The position numbers were made by a program, and so were the translations under genes. From Opitutales bacterium (lineage in GTDB: Bacteria > Verrucomicrobiota > Verrucomicrobiia > Opitutales > PNEW01): a stretch of 32,000 nucleotides of DNA. How positions within the stretch are numbered: position 1 is the stretch's first letter; every line of letters begins with the position of its first letter. Where the stretch lies: the NCBI GenBank assembly GCA_965219535.1, contig CBDCNV010000002.1, positions 300,001-332,000 of the forward strand. Direction: 5' to 3'. Positions 18,066-26,711 of this stretch are shown here, in pieces. Under the pieces are notes generated by a model, which saw only the letters and a list, made by a program, of their open reading frames with translations, searched no databases and was not told where the DNA came from.

Positions 18066-18536
18066 ATGAAATTTTCCCACCTAAGTTCAAGTAACGAACC
18101 TGAGATGGTTGATATTGGAGGTAAACAAATAACGGTTCGCAAAGCCCGTGCCCAGGCGGTAGTTGTGCTGAACGATGAGATCATGGAACATTTTTCAGAT
18201 GATGAACTCACAAGCAAAAAAGGGCCGGTCTTTCAAACCGCCATATTAGCCGGTGTGATGGCGGCAAAGAAGACACATGAACTTATTCCTCTTTGCCACT
18301 CCATCCCACTTGACAATTGTAAAATTGCAATTGAGCCAACGGGAGAAAACCGGGTGTCGATTAAATGCGAAGTAAGCGCAACGCACAAAACCGGAGTCGA
18401 AATGGAAGCACTTACGGCTGCGAGTGTCGCCGCACTTACCATCTATGATATGTGCAAAGCGATGTCTCACGCCATTATTATTGAAAGCATTCACCTCGTT
18501 GAAAAGACCGGCGGCAAAAGCGATTTCAAAAAATAA
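18066..18536 (+). CDS. moaC: Cyclic pyranopterin monophosphate synthase
   Basis: 156 aa. KKGPVFQTAILAGVMAAKKTHELIPLCHSIPL and TGVEMEALTAASVAALTIYDMCKA are MoaC signatures. Confidence 0.95.
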   Translation: MKFSHLSSSNEPEMVDIGGKQITVRKARAQAVVVLNDEIMEHFSDDELTSKKGPVFQTAILAGVMAAKKTHELIPLCHSIPLDNCKIAIEPTGENRVSIKCEVSATHKTGVEMEALTAASVAALTIYDMCKAMSHAIIIESIHLVEKTGGKSDFKK

Positions 18537-18540
18537 ATTT

Positions 18541-18581
18541 ATTGCGACCAGCTTTTAGTCTCGAACAAGTGCAATTTTTTT
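18541..18581 (+). terminator. Weak hairpin followed by T7, downstream of moaC
   Basis: TTGCGAC (18542-18548) pairs imperfectly with GTGCAA (18569-18574) across a loop of about 20 nt. A T7 run follows at 18575-18581. The loop is too long for a classic intrinsic terminator. Confidence 0.2.
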
Positions 18582-18601
18582 GACACGACGCATCCCCAAT
18601 T

Positions 18602-19234
18602 ATGCAACCGACGCGACTCATCATTATTAGACACGGTGAGACGGAATGGAACCTGGAAGGGAGAATCCAGGGCCACTTAGATAGTCCATTGACAGAATCC
18701 GGACGTGCGCAGGCGGAGGCGATCGCCGGAAGGTTGCAAACAGTAGAAGTGGATGCCCTTTATAGTAGTGATCTTGGTAGAGCTTACACCACCGCACAGT
18801 TCGTTTCCCATAAAACTGGACAGGACATTCTAACCGATAAACGTCTGCGAGAATTGCATCTAGGTAAATTTGAAGGACTAACTGAAGAGGAGGTAGAAAA
18901 GCGGTTTCCGGAGGAATATGTATACCTAAAAAATGCCGAACCAGGTTATATTTATCCTGGAGGGGAGAGCAAAGAACAGTTATCATTACGGGTGATTTCC
19001 TGCTTGGAAGAATTAATGGGGAAACATCAGGGGGAACAGATCGTAGTAATTACCCATGGAGGGGCGCTCAGCCGACTGATTCGCTATACCCTTGGCATGC
19101 CGGTTGTTGGTTCCAACGAATATAAAATATGTAATGCCGCTTTAAATGTTTTCTCTTATGAAAATAAGCGCTGGCAATTGGAAATATGGGGAGATTTAAG
19201 CCATCTTACTGAAGTACGAATAACATCTGCCTGA
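18602..19234 (+). CDS. Histidine phosphatase superfamily protein (GpmB/CobC-like)
   Basis: 210 aa. Has the RHGETEWN catalytic motif at the N-terminus (IIIRHGETEWNLEGRIQG) and a downstream ITHGG histidine motif. Confidence 0.85.
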   Translation: MQPTRLIIIRHGETEWNLEGRIQGHLDSPLTESGRAQAEAIAGRLQTVEVDALYSSDLGRAYTTAQFVSHKTGQDILTDKRLRELHLGKFEGLTEEEVEKRFPEEYVYLKNAEPGYIYPGGESKEQLSLRVISCLEELMGKHQGEQIVVITHGGALSRLIRYTLGMPVVGSNEYKICNAALNVFSYENKRWQLEIWGDLSHLTEVRITSA

Positions 19235-19266
19235 TAAGTTCGGCGGTTGTTGCACCTGAAATAGAA

Positions 19267-19854
19267 ATGGAGAAAAATGCAATGCATGGGCTCGTTCTTG
19301 CCGGGGGAAGAAGCAGGCGTATGGGGCGAGACAAAGCTTACCTCACAATGAACGGGAAGGCCCTGCTTACCCATGCCCTCGAGCTGATAAACCAAGTATG
19401 TTCCCCGGTGATTATTTCTCTACGCCCGGGACAGGAGGTCCCCCCTAAAATTGCGTTGCATGGAGCGACGGCTATCCTTGACCAGTATGGAGAGATAGGG
19501 CCGCTGGGGGGCATCCTCTCTGCATTAAATACGTACCCCGATCCCCCATGGCTAGTCCTCGCGGTCGATTTACCCCGTCTCGATCGACATACCTTGGAGT
19601 ATCTAATCAGGCATCGGGATCCGGGAAAGCCATTTACAGCATATCGCGGGAGGGATGATCTCCCTGAACCGCTCTGTGCAATATACGAACCACAAAGCAG
19701 AGCGATCCTCATGGATTATTTCAGCAATGCCCGCAGTCTTTCCCCACGGAAAATTTTTATTGAAGAGAAGGCGCATCTTCTTTCACCTCCTAACCCTGGA
19801 GCATTAGACAATGTTAACACGCCAGAAGAATTTGAAGAAGCCTTGAATAAATGA
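19267..19854 (+). CDS. mobA: Molybdenum cofactor guanylyltransferase
   Basis: 195 aa. GLVLAGGRSRRMGRDKAYL is the MobA nucleotide-binding signature. An alternative start at 19282 (MHGLVLAGG) has GGAGA 7 nt upstream. Confidence 0.85.
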   Translation: MEKNAMHGLVLAGGRSRRMGRDKAYLTMNGKALLTHALELINQVCSPVIISLRPGQEVPPKIALHGATAILDQYGEIGPLGGILSALNTYPDPPWLVLAVDLPRLDRHTLEYLIRHRDPGKPFTAYRGRDDLPEPLCAIYEPQSRAILMDYFSNARSLSPRKIFIEEKAHLLSPPNPGALDNVNTPEEFEEALNK

Positions 19855-20102
19855 GCACTACGAAGACAATAGAACTTGCTTATTATGCCCTTCTGCGGGA
19901 ACAGCGCGGATTAAGCAGTGAAAAACGCGCGACTTCCGCGATGACGGCGCGTGAACTCTACCTTGAGTTAAAAGAGGAGTTTGGCTTTAACCTGCAGATG
20001 GAAGATCTCAAGGTGGCGATCAACGGAGATTTTGCCGATAATGATATACCCATCCATGATGGGGATACAGTTGTCTTTATTCCACCCGTAACGGGGGGGT
20101 GA
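19851..20102 (+). CDS. moaD: Molybdopterin synthase sulfur-carrier subunit
   Basis: 83 aa of ubiquitin-like size, ending in the diagnostic C-terminal Gly-Gly (PPVTGG). ATGA overlap with the mobA stop. Confidence 0.85.
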   Translation: MSTTKTIELAYYALLREQRGLSSEKRATSAMTARELYLELKEEFGFNLQMEDLKVAINGDFADNDIPIHDGDTVVFIPPVTGG

Positions 20103-20578
20103 GTAATGCTATGATGTTTAAAATTTTTGAGAACCCACTTGAAAAAATGGATCTTCAGAGTCCATTTTCAAATACCGAAGCTGGCGGATTCGTGTCTTTT
20201 GAAGGGTGGGTGCGCAGTGAAAACGACGGCCAGCAGGTGATGGCATTGGAATATGAAGCTTATGCCGAACTTGCAGAGAAGGAGGGCGAACGCATCCTCA
20301 TCGAAGCGCGCGACAAATTTGATATTATCGAAGCCCGGTGTGGTCATCGGGTGGGGCGGTTGCAACTGGGTGATATGGCGGTATGGGTTGGCGTTAGTGC
20401 CGCCCATCGCAATGAGGCGTTTCAAGCATGCAGGTACGTAATTGATGAAGTTAAAAGGCGGGTGCCGATCTGGAAAAAAGAATATTATAAGAGCGGGGAC
20501 AGTGGCTGGCTGTGCCCGGTCGAGGGTTATGCGCACACGCCTCCAGAAAGTGATGGAGAGAGTACGGGCACAGCGTAA
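20099..20578 (+). CDS. moaE: Molybdopterin synthase catalytic subunit
   Basis: GGFVSFEGWVR, LEYEAY..LAEKE, HRVGRLQLGDMAVWVGVSAAHR.EAF.ACRY.IDEVKRRVPIWKKE. The ORF-track start is a GTG overlapping the moaD stop. ATG codons at 20111/20114 are alternatives. Confidence 0.9.
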   Translation: MSNAMMFKIFENPLEKMDLQSPFSNTEAGGFVSFEGWVRSENDGQQVMALEYEAYAELAEKEGERILIEARDKFDIIEARCGHRVGRLQLGDMAVWVGVSAAHRNEAFQACRYVIDEVKRRVPIWKKEYYKSGDSGWLCPVEGYAHTPPESDGESTGTA

Positions 20579-20581
20579 GAT

Positions 20582-22084
20582 ATGAGCGAGAAGCAATCGG
20601 ATATTGGACTTATTGGGTTGGCCGTAATGGGGCAGAATCTTGCCTTAAATATTGCCGATCACGGCTTCAACATCTCCGTCTTCAACCGCACGACGGAGAA
20701 GATGGACAAGTTTATAGCGGATAACCCCGATACTCCTGGAAAGCTTGTCGGTCATGCGGAGTTAAAGGATTTTGTCCTATCACTTTCTTCCCCGCGTAAA
20801 ATAATAATTCTCGTCCAGGCGGGACGGGGCACCGATGCGGTCATTGACAGCCTTTTACCACTGCTCGATCAAGGAGACATTATAATCGACGGCGGCAATG
20901 CCCTTTGGTCAGATACCATAAGGCGGGAAAAAGTGCTTAATGCAAAAGGGTACCGATTTATCGGCTCTGGTGTTTCCGGGGGTGAAGAAGGCGCACGCTT
21001 CGGGCCTTCACTTATGCCTGGTGGTCGTGAAGACGCGTGGAAAGAGCTGGCGCCTATTTGGGGCGCAATCGCGGCAAAAGTCGACTCGCAAACGGGTAAA
21101 CCATTAGAGGGGGCCGAACCGGGAAAACCGGTTGATGGCGGTGTTCCCTGTGCCGCGTACATCGGACCGAATGGAGCGGGGCACTATGTGAAAATGGTGC
21201 ACAATGGGATAGAATACGGAGATATGCAGATGATCTGTGAAGCCTATGATTTGATGCGCAATCTTCTCAATCTGTCTCCTGCGGAAATGGGGGACATATT
21301 CAACGATTGGAACAACGGTGTTCTCGATTCTTTCCTTATTCAAATTACCGCAGATATCTTGAAACAGACCGATCCGGTGACGGGAAAACCATTTGTCGAT
21401 ATCGTGTTGGACACTGCGGGGCAGAAAGGAACCGGGAAATGGACCAGTAACAACGCGATTGATCTGGGAGTGCCCGCACCCACTATCGCGGAAGCGGTAT
21501 TTGCGCGCTTCATCAGCGCGGTCAATGATGAACGCCGTGCGGCGAACACGGTTCTCAAAGGGCCTGAAAAATCTTTTCAAGGTGATAAGGCAGACGTTAT
21601 TGATGCTATTCATGATGCGCTCTATTGTGCAAAAATCTGTTCTTACGCCCAAGGGTTTCAACTCATGCGCGAGGCGCAAAAGGAATACTCCTGGAAATTA
21701 AACTTTGGCGAAATTGCGCAAATCTGGCGTGGAGGGTGCATTATCCGTGCCGCATTTCTACAAAAAATAACAGAGGCTTACGCGCGCGACTCGATCCTTG
21801 CGAATCTCCTTCTCGATCCCTATTTTAATGAGGCATTACAACGCGCGCAGAATAACTGGCGGCGTGTTGTCGGCGCAGCTGCGGAGTATGGTGTCCCGGT
21901 CCCCACTTTTTCTTCTGCCCTCGCCTATTATGATAGTTATCGTGCGCTTCGGCTCCCCCAAAACCTCCTGCAAGCGCAGCGCGATTTCTTCGGTGCGCAC
22001 ACTTATGAACGCCTTGACCAGCCGCGGGGGAAAATTTTCCACCTTGACTGGCTCGCGCCTACACGTCCGCAACTTGAATTATAA
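20582..22084 (+). CDS. gnd: 6-phosphogluconate dehydrogenase, decarboxylating (NADP type)
   Basis: 500 aa. [25 protein letters not shown] (NADP-specific NRT) and [19 protein letters not shown]. An insertion of about 14 aa (around 21077-21147) is present relative to E. coli Gnd. It starts 3 nt after the moaE stop. Confidence 0.95.
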   Translation: MSEKQSDIGLIGLAVMGQNLALNIADHGFNISVFNRTTEKMDKFIADNPDTPGKLVGHAELKDFVLSLSSPRKIIILVQAGRGTDAVIDSLLPLLDQGDIIIDGGNALWSDTIRREKVLNAKGYRFIGSGVSGGEEGARFGPSLMPGGREDAWKELAPIWGAIAAKVDSQTGKPLEGAEPGKPVDGGVPCAAYIGPNGAGHYVKMVHNGIEYGDMQMICEAYDLMRNLLNLSPAEMGDIFNDWNNGVLDSFLIQITADILKQTDPVTGKPFVDIVLDTAGQKGTGKWTSNNAIDLGVPAPTIAEAVFARFISAVNDERRAANTVLKGPEKSFQGDKADVIDAIHDALYCAKICSYAQGFQLMREAQKEYSWKLNFGEIAQIWRGGCIIRAAFLQKITEAYARDSILANLLLDPYFNEALQRAQNNWRRVVGAAAEYGVPVPTFSSALAYYDSYRALRLPQNLLQAQRDFFGAHTYERLDQPRGKIFHLDWLAPTRPQLEL

Positions 22085-22137
22085 AATGCCAATTTATTGG
22101 TCTTGTGGTAATTAATCAATCGTCGTACTTTATTGTT

Positions 22138-22782
22138 ATGCCTTCAAGATTTCAGCTTATCAGTCCTGATTATGGAAAACAACTGCTCGCTGAAGCAGCA
22201 ATAGGAATGTGTTCCTCAATTAAAGAAAAGTGCACCCCTCCACGCATTGAAATAAAGACCCAGGCTAAAGATAAAACTTTTGAAATAAATTATGGATTTC
22301 ATCGCAGTCCCTTTGGAACCTGCCTTATTGCCTTAACGACGGGAAGGCTCTGCGCGGTTTTCTTTCTCGAAAAAGGAGGGGAAAAGAATCAAGTGGCAGA
22401 TCTTCACAAGCGCTGGCCGAAAGCAATACTTGTTAACGACCAGAAAGCGACGCAGCCATGGGTGAAGCGTATTTTCCCCCGGCAGAGAAATAAAAAAGGA
22501 GCGAAAATTCCCGTGACATTAATGGGCACCGATTTTCAGTTAAAAGTTTGGCGGGCCTTGCTGCGGATTAAGTCAGGTTGCACCGGCCCCTATGAAGAGG
22601 TTGCGCGTATGATCGGGCAGCCCAATGCCAATCGTGCTGCAGGGACGGCTGTAAGCGCGAACCCTTTAGGCTATCTGATCCCCTGTCATCGCGTAATAAG
22701 AAAAAGTGGAGCGATTGGAAACTATCGTTGGGGAGTGCGGCGTAAAAAAGCTATGCTTGGACTTGAGGCATTAAGTAATTAA
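22138..22782 (+). CDS. ogt: Methylated-DNA--protein-cysteine methyltransferase
   Basis: The active-site motif IPCHRVIRKSG and the upstream GT.FQ.KVW.AL..I..G helix-turn-helix region are present. The ORF track begins at a GTG at 22105; the ATG at 22138 (MPSRFQ...) is the more conservative start. Confidence 0.85.
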   Translation: MPSRFQLISPDYGKQLLAEAAIGMCSSIKEKCTPPRIEIKTQAKDKTFEINYGFHRSPFGTCLIALTTGRLCAVFFLEKGGEKNQVADLHKRWPKAILVNDQKATQPWVKRIFPRQRNKKGAKIPVTLMGTDFQLKVWRALLRIKSGCTGPYEEVARMIGQPNANRAAGTAVSANPLGYLIPCHRVIRKSGAIGNYRWGVRRKKAMLGLEALSN

Positions 22783-22788
22783 GGGCGC

Positions 22789-23283
22789 TCAGTCGCGAAA
22801 AGACCATAACAGCCGCGCGGATTTACGATCAAGGTTATCCGGATCCGCGATATGGTAAAGGTCTCCCGTGAGGTCGCGAATGACCATCCCACCATCGGGT
22901 AAGTTTCTCGGCCAATCGTCGAGCTTAGTTTGAAATCGTCGAGGGCCCTGCTTCGTTTCTACTGTCCACAGTCGCAGATCGAACTCTTTTTTTATTTTTT
23001 TTATCGCCGTCACTTCCAGGGTGAAAGTTGATTCAGCGAGGCTCGCTTCAACTGCTTGTCGCGATGCATCGTCTAAATCATCGAGCCGATTAATGAGATA
23101 TATTTCTTTATTTTCATTTTCGCACAGTGAAATAAACCGTGTGGACGCGCTCCACGGAAAACAGGGGCGCAGTATAACAGTGACTGGCTTCCCCTCATGA
23201 ATAATTTGGAGGGTACCATCGCCGTCGCGCCGAATTTCTGGAGGAGGTTCCATTGTTAAAACCTGGTCTTTATTATTTCTCAT
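22789..23283 (-). CDS. DUF1854-like protein (ABC-exporter-associated, function unknown)
   Basis: 164 aa with an ATG start 38 nt downstream of the ABC gene stop. The sequence style (RPCFPWS..., LRLWTVETKQGPRRFQTKLDDWPR, ...RDLTGDLYHI.DPD.LD..S..LLW) matches what I recall of the DUF1854 family, which typically follows an ABC exporter gene. The family call is from memory. Confidence 0.55.
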   Translation of the reverse strand: MRNNKDQVLTMEPPPEIRRDGDGTLQIIHEGKPVTVILRPCFPWSASTRFISLCENENKEIYLINRLDDLDDASRQAVEASLAESTFTLEVTAIKKIKKEFDLRLWTVETKQGPRRFQTKLDDWPRNLPDGGMVIRDLTGDLYHIADPDNLDRKSARLLWSFRD

Positions 23284-23321
23284 TTAATTATCTTGGAGAG
23301 TTGTTTTCCGCAGATGAAAAA

Positions 23322-25628
23322 TTACAATACATACATTTCATGAAGCTCGAGTTGTAAATTGTAGAGCGTTTTATAGGTTCCCGCTTCTTTTTGCAGAAGT
23401 TCATCGTGCGTGCCACTTTCGACAAGTGATCCATCATGCATGACAAAAAGACGGTTTGCTTTGCGTAGGGTAGAGAGACGATGGGCAATCGCTATAACCG
23501 TTCGTCCTTCAATCAGACGTTCGAGCGCTTCCTGGATTTTACGTTCGGTTTCCGTGTCTACGCTACTCGTCGCTTCATCAAGGATTAATATACGAGGATT
23601 ATGCAGAATCGCACGGGCGATAGATACACGCTGACGTTCACCACCGCTCAGGGTGTGACCACGCTCACCGACGATGGTGTCGTAGCCGAGGTTAAATTTA
23701 CTGATGAATTCATGGGCGTTAGCCGCTAAGGCCGCGTTTACTACCTGTTTCAGGTCTGCCTCCTGATGGCCGTAGCGAATATTATCGAGGATGCTGCCGT
23801 GAAAGAGAAACGGATCCTGCATGACCATGCCGATCTGTTTTCGGAACAACCCAACATCGAGGTCGCGGATATCAACATCATCAATCAATACGCGGCCCAC
23901 CTGTGTATCGTAAAACCGGGCAATAAGGTTTGTTATCGTTGTCTTACCCGCACCGGATTTGCCAACGAGCCCAATCATTTCGCCAGGGTTTATCTCGAAG
24001 GAGACATTCTTGAGCATATGCAAAACCGGGTCGTAGCCGAATGACACATTGTCAAATTGTATCCTCCCTTCTACCGGGTCCAAGCGAACAGGGTCGGGGC
24101 GAGATACGATTTCGGGTTCGGTATCGAGCAATTCGAATACCCTATGCGCAGAACTTAGCGATCGGTTGATTAAACGGGTGAGATAGCCGAAATTCTCAAT
24201 CGGCATGATGAACATGCCCATGTAGAGAAGAAAGGCAACAAACTTACCCGGGGTCAGACTAATGCTACCTGGAGTGCCATCTCCCAGAAGGCGGGGAAGG
24301 GCAAAATACCAAACGAGGAGGACGAGAGACTCCAGCCCGAGATAAATAAGCGGCCAGAATGTTGTCCACACCTTGTGAATTCTAATCATTTCACCGGTTA
24401 CATTGGCGTTACTTCGGGCGAAGCGATTGCGCTCATAATTTTCCTGATTAAAAGCCTTGACCACACTTACTCCAGAGAGGGTATCGGCAAGCAGGCCAGT
24501 CATATTTGACCATTTTCGCCATATGCGCAGAAATATACGGTGGAGATTTCGACCCATCAGAAAGATAAAATAAAATACTAAAGGAACTGGCCCGATGACG
24601 ACCAAGCTCAGCTGCCAGTCCATCGTGAATAAAACCGCGCCAAGCCCGATGATCATGAGGACGGATAAGGTCATCTCCGTAAATCCAAAAGCGATAAAAT
24701 CCCAGAGCCGATCGGTGTCTGAACTTACACGACTGACAATGCTGCCAGTCTGCCGATGGGAAAAGTAGCTTAAACTTAAATTATGCAAATGATTGTAGAT
24801 GCTAATGCGAAGGTCTTGGGCCACCCATTCGCCAATCATCGACATCGTGCGCAGCTGCACCCACATGAATATTTGGCGCAACAAATAAACGACCACGATC
24901 ACGCTAAGTACTATCCAGCCCAAACGTGAAGCCTGTTCCAGAGGGAGCATACCGTCAGTGTAAGGGATGATCACATCGTCTACTATATATCCGGTGAGGT
25001 AAGGGGGAACCAGGCTTACGGAGGTTAATCCTGCCGCGGCGAGTAACCCCAAGATAAAGCGACTACGGTAAGGTTTGAGATAGGCGAGGAGCCGCCATAA
25101 TACCGCCATTCTGTTTTCGGCAACCGAGGACTGGGCGGTGAGAATCGGTTTCGCAACGGCTTTGGCATAAACCGAATCCGCATCGATATTATCTTCCCCT
25201 ATGGTGTTTCCTTTTATCTTTTCCTTGAGCAGGAAAATGATTGGACCCATCGCTTGACGTTGCCTTTGGGTATAACGAACGACTGCGAGCGCTGGCTCAC
25301 CTGGGATGCCGTAAAAAGATATAATCGTGCAGCTTAACCCGGGCGTTTCCTTTATTTCTTGAATTTGGGAACGGGCAAAAGTTTTTATCTCGATTGAGCC
25401 ATCGGGTGTCGCTTCGTGGGCAACAGCGACTTGCTCAGGGCCGAGCGCGAGCCAACTTTGCGACATCTGGAAATCTGAATTGAGATCGATCATCGCGTAG
25501 AGCTGAACCGGCTTGTTATTCCAGGCCGCTTCAATCTTAGTACGTATAACCTTTGGCATTACGCTCGGTTGATCCATGTAACGAGCAATAGTGCTATGTT
25601 CTCTTGATGAAAATGGTGGGGCGTTCAT
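23322..25628 (-). CDS. ABC exporter, fused TMD-NBD half-transporter with a cytoplasmic N-terminal extension of about 172 aa
   Basis: 768 aa. Carries Walker A GKSGAGKTT, signature LSGGERQR, Walker B ILILDEATS and H-loop IAHRLST. The six-helix type-I exporter TMD begins about residue 173 (MAVLWRLLAYLKPYR). Residues 1-172 have no TM segment. Confidence 0.9.
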   Translation of the reverse strand: MNAPPFSSREHSTIARYMDQPSVMPKVIRTKIEAAWNNKPVQLYAMIDLNSDFQMSQSWLALGPEQVAVAHEATPDGSIEIKTFARSQIQEIKETPGLSCTIISFYGIPGEPALAVVRYTQRQRQAMGPIIFLLKEKIKGNTIGEDNIDADSVYAKAVAKPILTAQSSVAENRMAVLWRLLAYLKPYRSRFILGLLAAAGLTSVSLVPPYLTGYIVDDVIIPYTDGMLPLEQASRLGWIVLSVIVVVYLLRQIFMWVQLRTMSMIGEWVAQDLRISIYNHLHNLSLSYFSHRQTGSIVSRVSSDTDRLWDFIAFGFTEMTLSVLMIIGLGAVLFTMDWQLSLVVIGPVPLVFYFIFLMGRNLHRIFLRIWRKWSNMTGLLADTLSGVSVVKAFNQENYERNRFARSNANVTGEMIRIHKVWTTFWPLIYLGLESLVLLVWYFALPRLLGDGTPGSISLTPGKFVAFLLYMGMFIMPIENFGYLTRLINRSLSSAHRVFELLDTEPEIVSRPDPVRLDPVEGRIQFDNVSFGYDPVLHMLKNVSFEINPGEMIGLVGKSGAGKTTITNLIARFYDTQVGRVLIDDVDIRDLDVGLFRKQIGMVMQDPFLFHGSILDNIRYGHQEADLKQVVNAALAANAHEFISKFNLGYDTIVGERGHTLSGGERQRVSIARAILHNPRILILDEATSSVDTETERKIQEALERLIEGRTVIAIAHRLSTLRKANRLFVMHDGSLVESGTHDELLQKEAGTYKTLYNLQLELHEMYVL

Positions 25629-25960
25629 CGGTGTGTAAAGGGAATGACTGCAGCGTGAATCAATGTAGATGTATTAGATGGACTTGCCACTGCAGGTTCC
25701 CAAGTAAGAGGAAGGGAGATTGCAGCAACCAGCCGGGGTAATTGGGGTATTGGCTGTTAGCGATTTAGCTTTTTGGAGGTAAGTATAGTTTGTTTGCGAT
25801 TAAACGGAGAGAATGGCGGGAAAATATTTTTTTTCAGTGGCGCGCCCTTTTCTTTAATGGGTTTGGCACGCTAGTGTAACGCGGATTAGCAGTGTCGAGT
25901 GGGGAACACTTTAATTTTGCGATAGCATAGAATACTTCATAGCCGACCTCCCGGTTTAAT

Positions 25961-26032
25961 CTTCACCTATACTAAAGTTTGTATGTGAAGCCTGGCAATA
26001 TTTATTTGCCGTTATTCGGGGCGATTTTTTTT
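25961..26032 (+). other. Hairpin cluster ending in T8 inside the 459-bp gmk/ABC intergenic region
   Basis: An 11-bp stem (one mismatch, one G-U) joins 25961-25971 and 25980-25990 around an 8-nt loop. A short GGCAA/TTGCC stem follows, then T8 at 25025+1000 offset, i.e. 26025-26032. This could be a plus-strand sRNA 3' end or structure in the gmk 3' region; it is unresolved. Confidence 0.25.
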
Positions 26033-26087
26033 GAGAGGCACTAACCTAAACCGAACTAGGGGTTAACACTTATTCCGGTGCTGAAAA

Positions 26088-26708
26088 TTACCTCTTCTCA
26101 GTTCTTGAGCGCTGTTTTTCCGCTCGATAAAGAGCGCGGAGTGAGACAAAATCTTCCTCGCGACTTCCGCTGATAATGCGGTGATCAAAATGTTTACCCT
26201 GCGCTATTTCGCGAGCCGCGGTTTGCATGCGCCGTGCGATTTCATCTGCATCGTCATCACCCCGTTCGCGCAAACGGGATTTCAACTGTTCCATGTCCTG
26301 GGGGAGAATGAAAATTGTCACCAGGCGCTGCGCGAGTTCCGCGTCTGACTTTGCCGCTTCGCGAAAATGAGCGGCCCCTTGCACATCGATACTAAGGATC
26401 AAATCGATATTCTCCGCCAATTTCCCTTGGATTTCACTCTTTAATATTCCATAGCGGTGATTATGAACTTTTGCCCATTCGTAAAAAGCGTCACATTCGA
26501 TCTGCTTTTCGAAGGTGTCGTTATCAAAAAAATAGTAATCTTCACCCTCTTTTTCACCCGCCCGAGGAGGACGCGTGGTTGAAGATATAACCCGTTGCAG
26601 TTGGGGATCGAACGCTTCTTGTAAACGGTTAGAAAGCGTAGTTTTCCCGCTTCCAGCCGGACCTGATACAATAAGCAGCAATGCCGGGTTCACATCTTCG
26701 GAGAGCAT
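26088..26708 (-). CDS. gmk: Guanylate kinase
   Basis: 206 aa. P-loop VSGPAGSGKTTL, STTRPPR.GE..G.DY.F, and a W..V....YG motif. Confidence 0.95.
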   Translation of the reverse strand: MLSEDVNPALLLIVSGPAGSGKTTLSNRLQEAFDPQLQRVISSTTRPPRAGEKEGEDYYFFDNDTFEKQIECDAFYEWAKVHNHRYGILKSEIQGKLAENIDLILSIDVQGAAHFREAAKSDAELAQRLVTIFILPQDMEQLKSRLRERGDDDADEIARRMQTAAREIAQGKHFDHRIISGSREEDFVSLRALYRAEKQRSRTEKR

Positions 26709-26711
26709 TGC

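Noticed and set aside
21104-21679. 191-aa ORF antisense to gnd. Similar long antisense or alternate-frame ORFs occur at 20168-20596, 19338-19712, 18627-18986, 13565-13858, 14051-14317, 17368-17652 and 5052-5384.
   Set aside because: Each lies entirely inside a confidently identified gene on the opposite strand. Their translations are low-complexity and Arg/Ser/Pro-rich with no recognisable motifs, which is typical of shadow ORFs.
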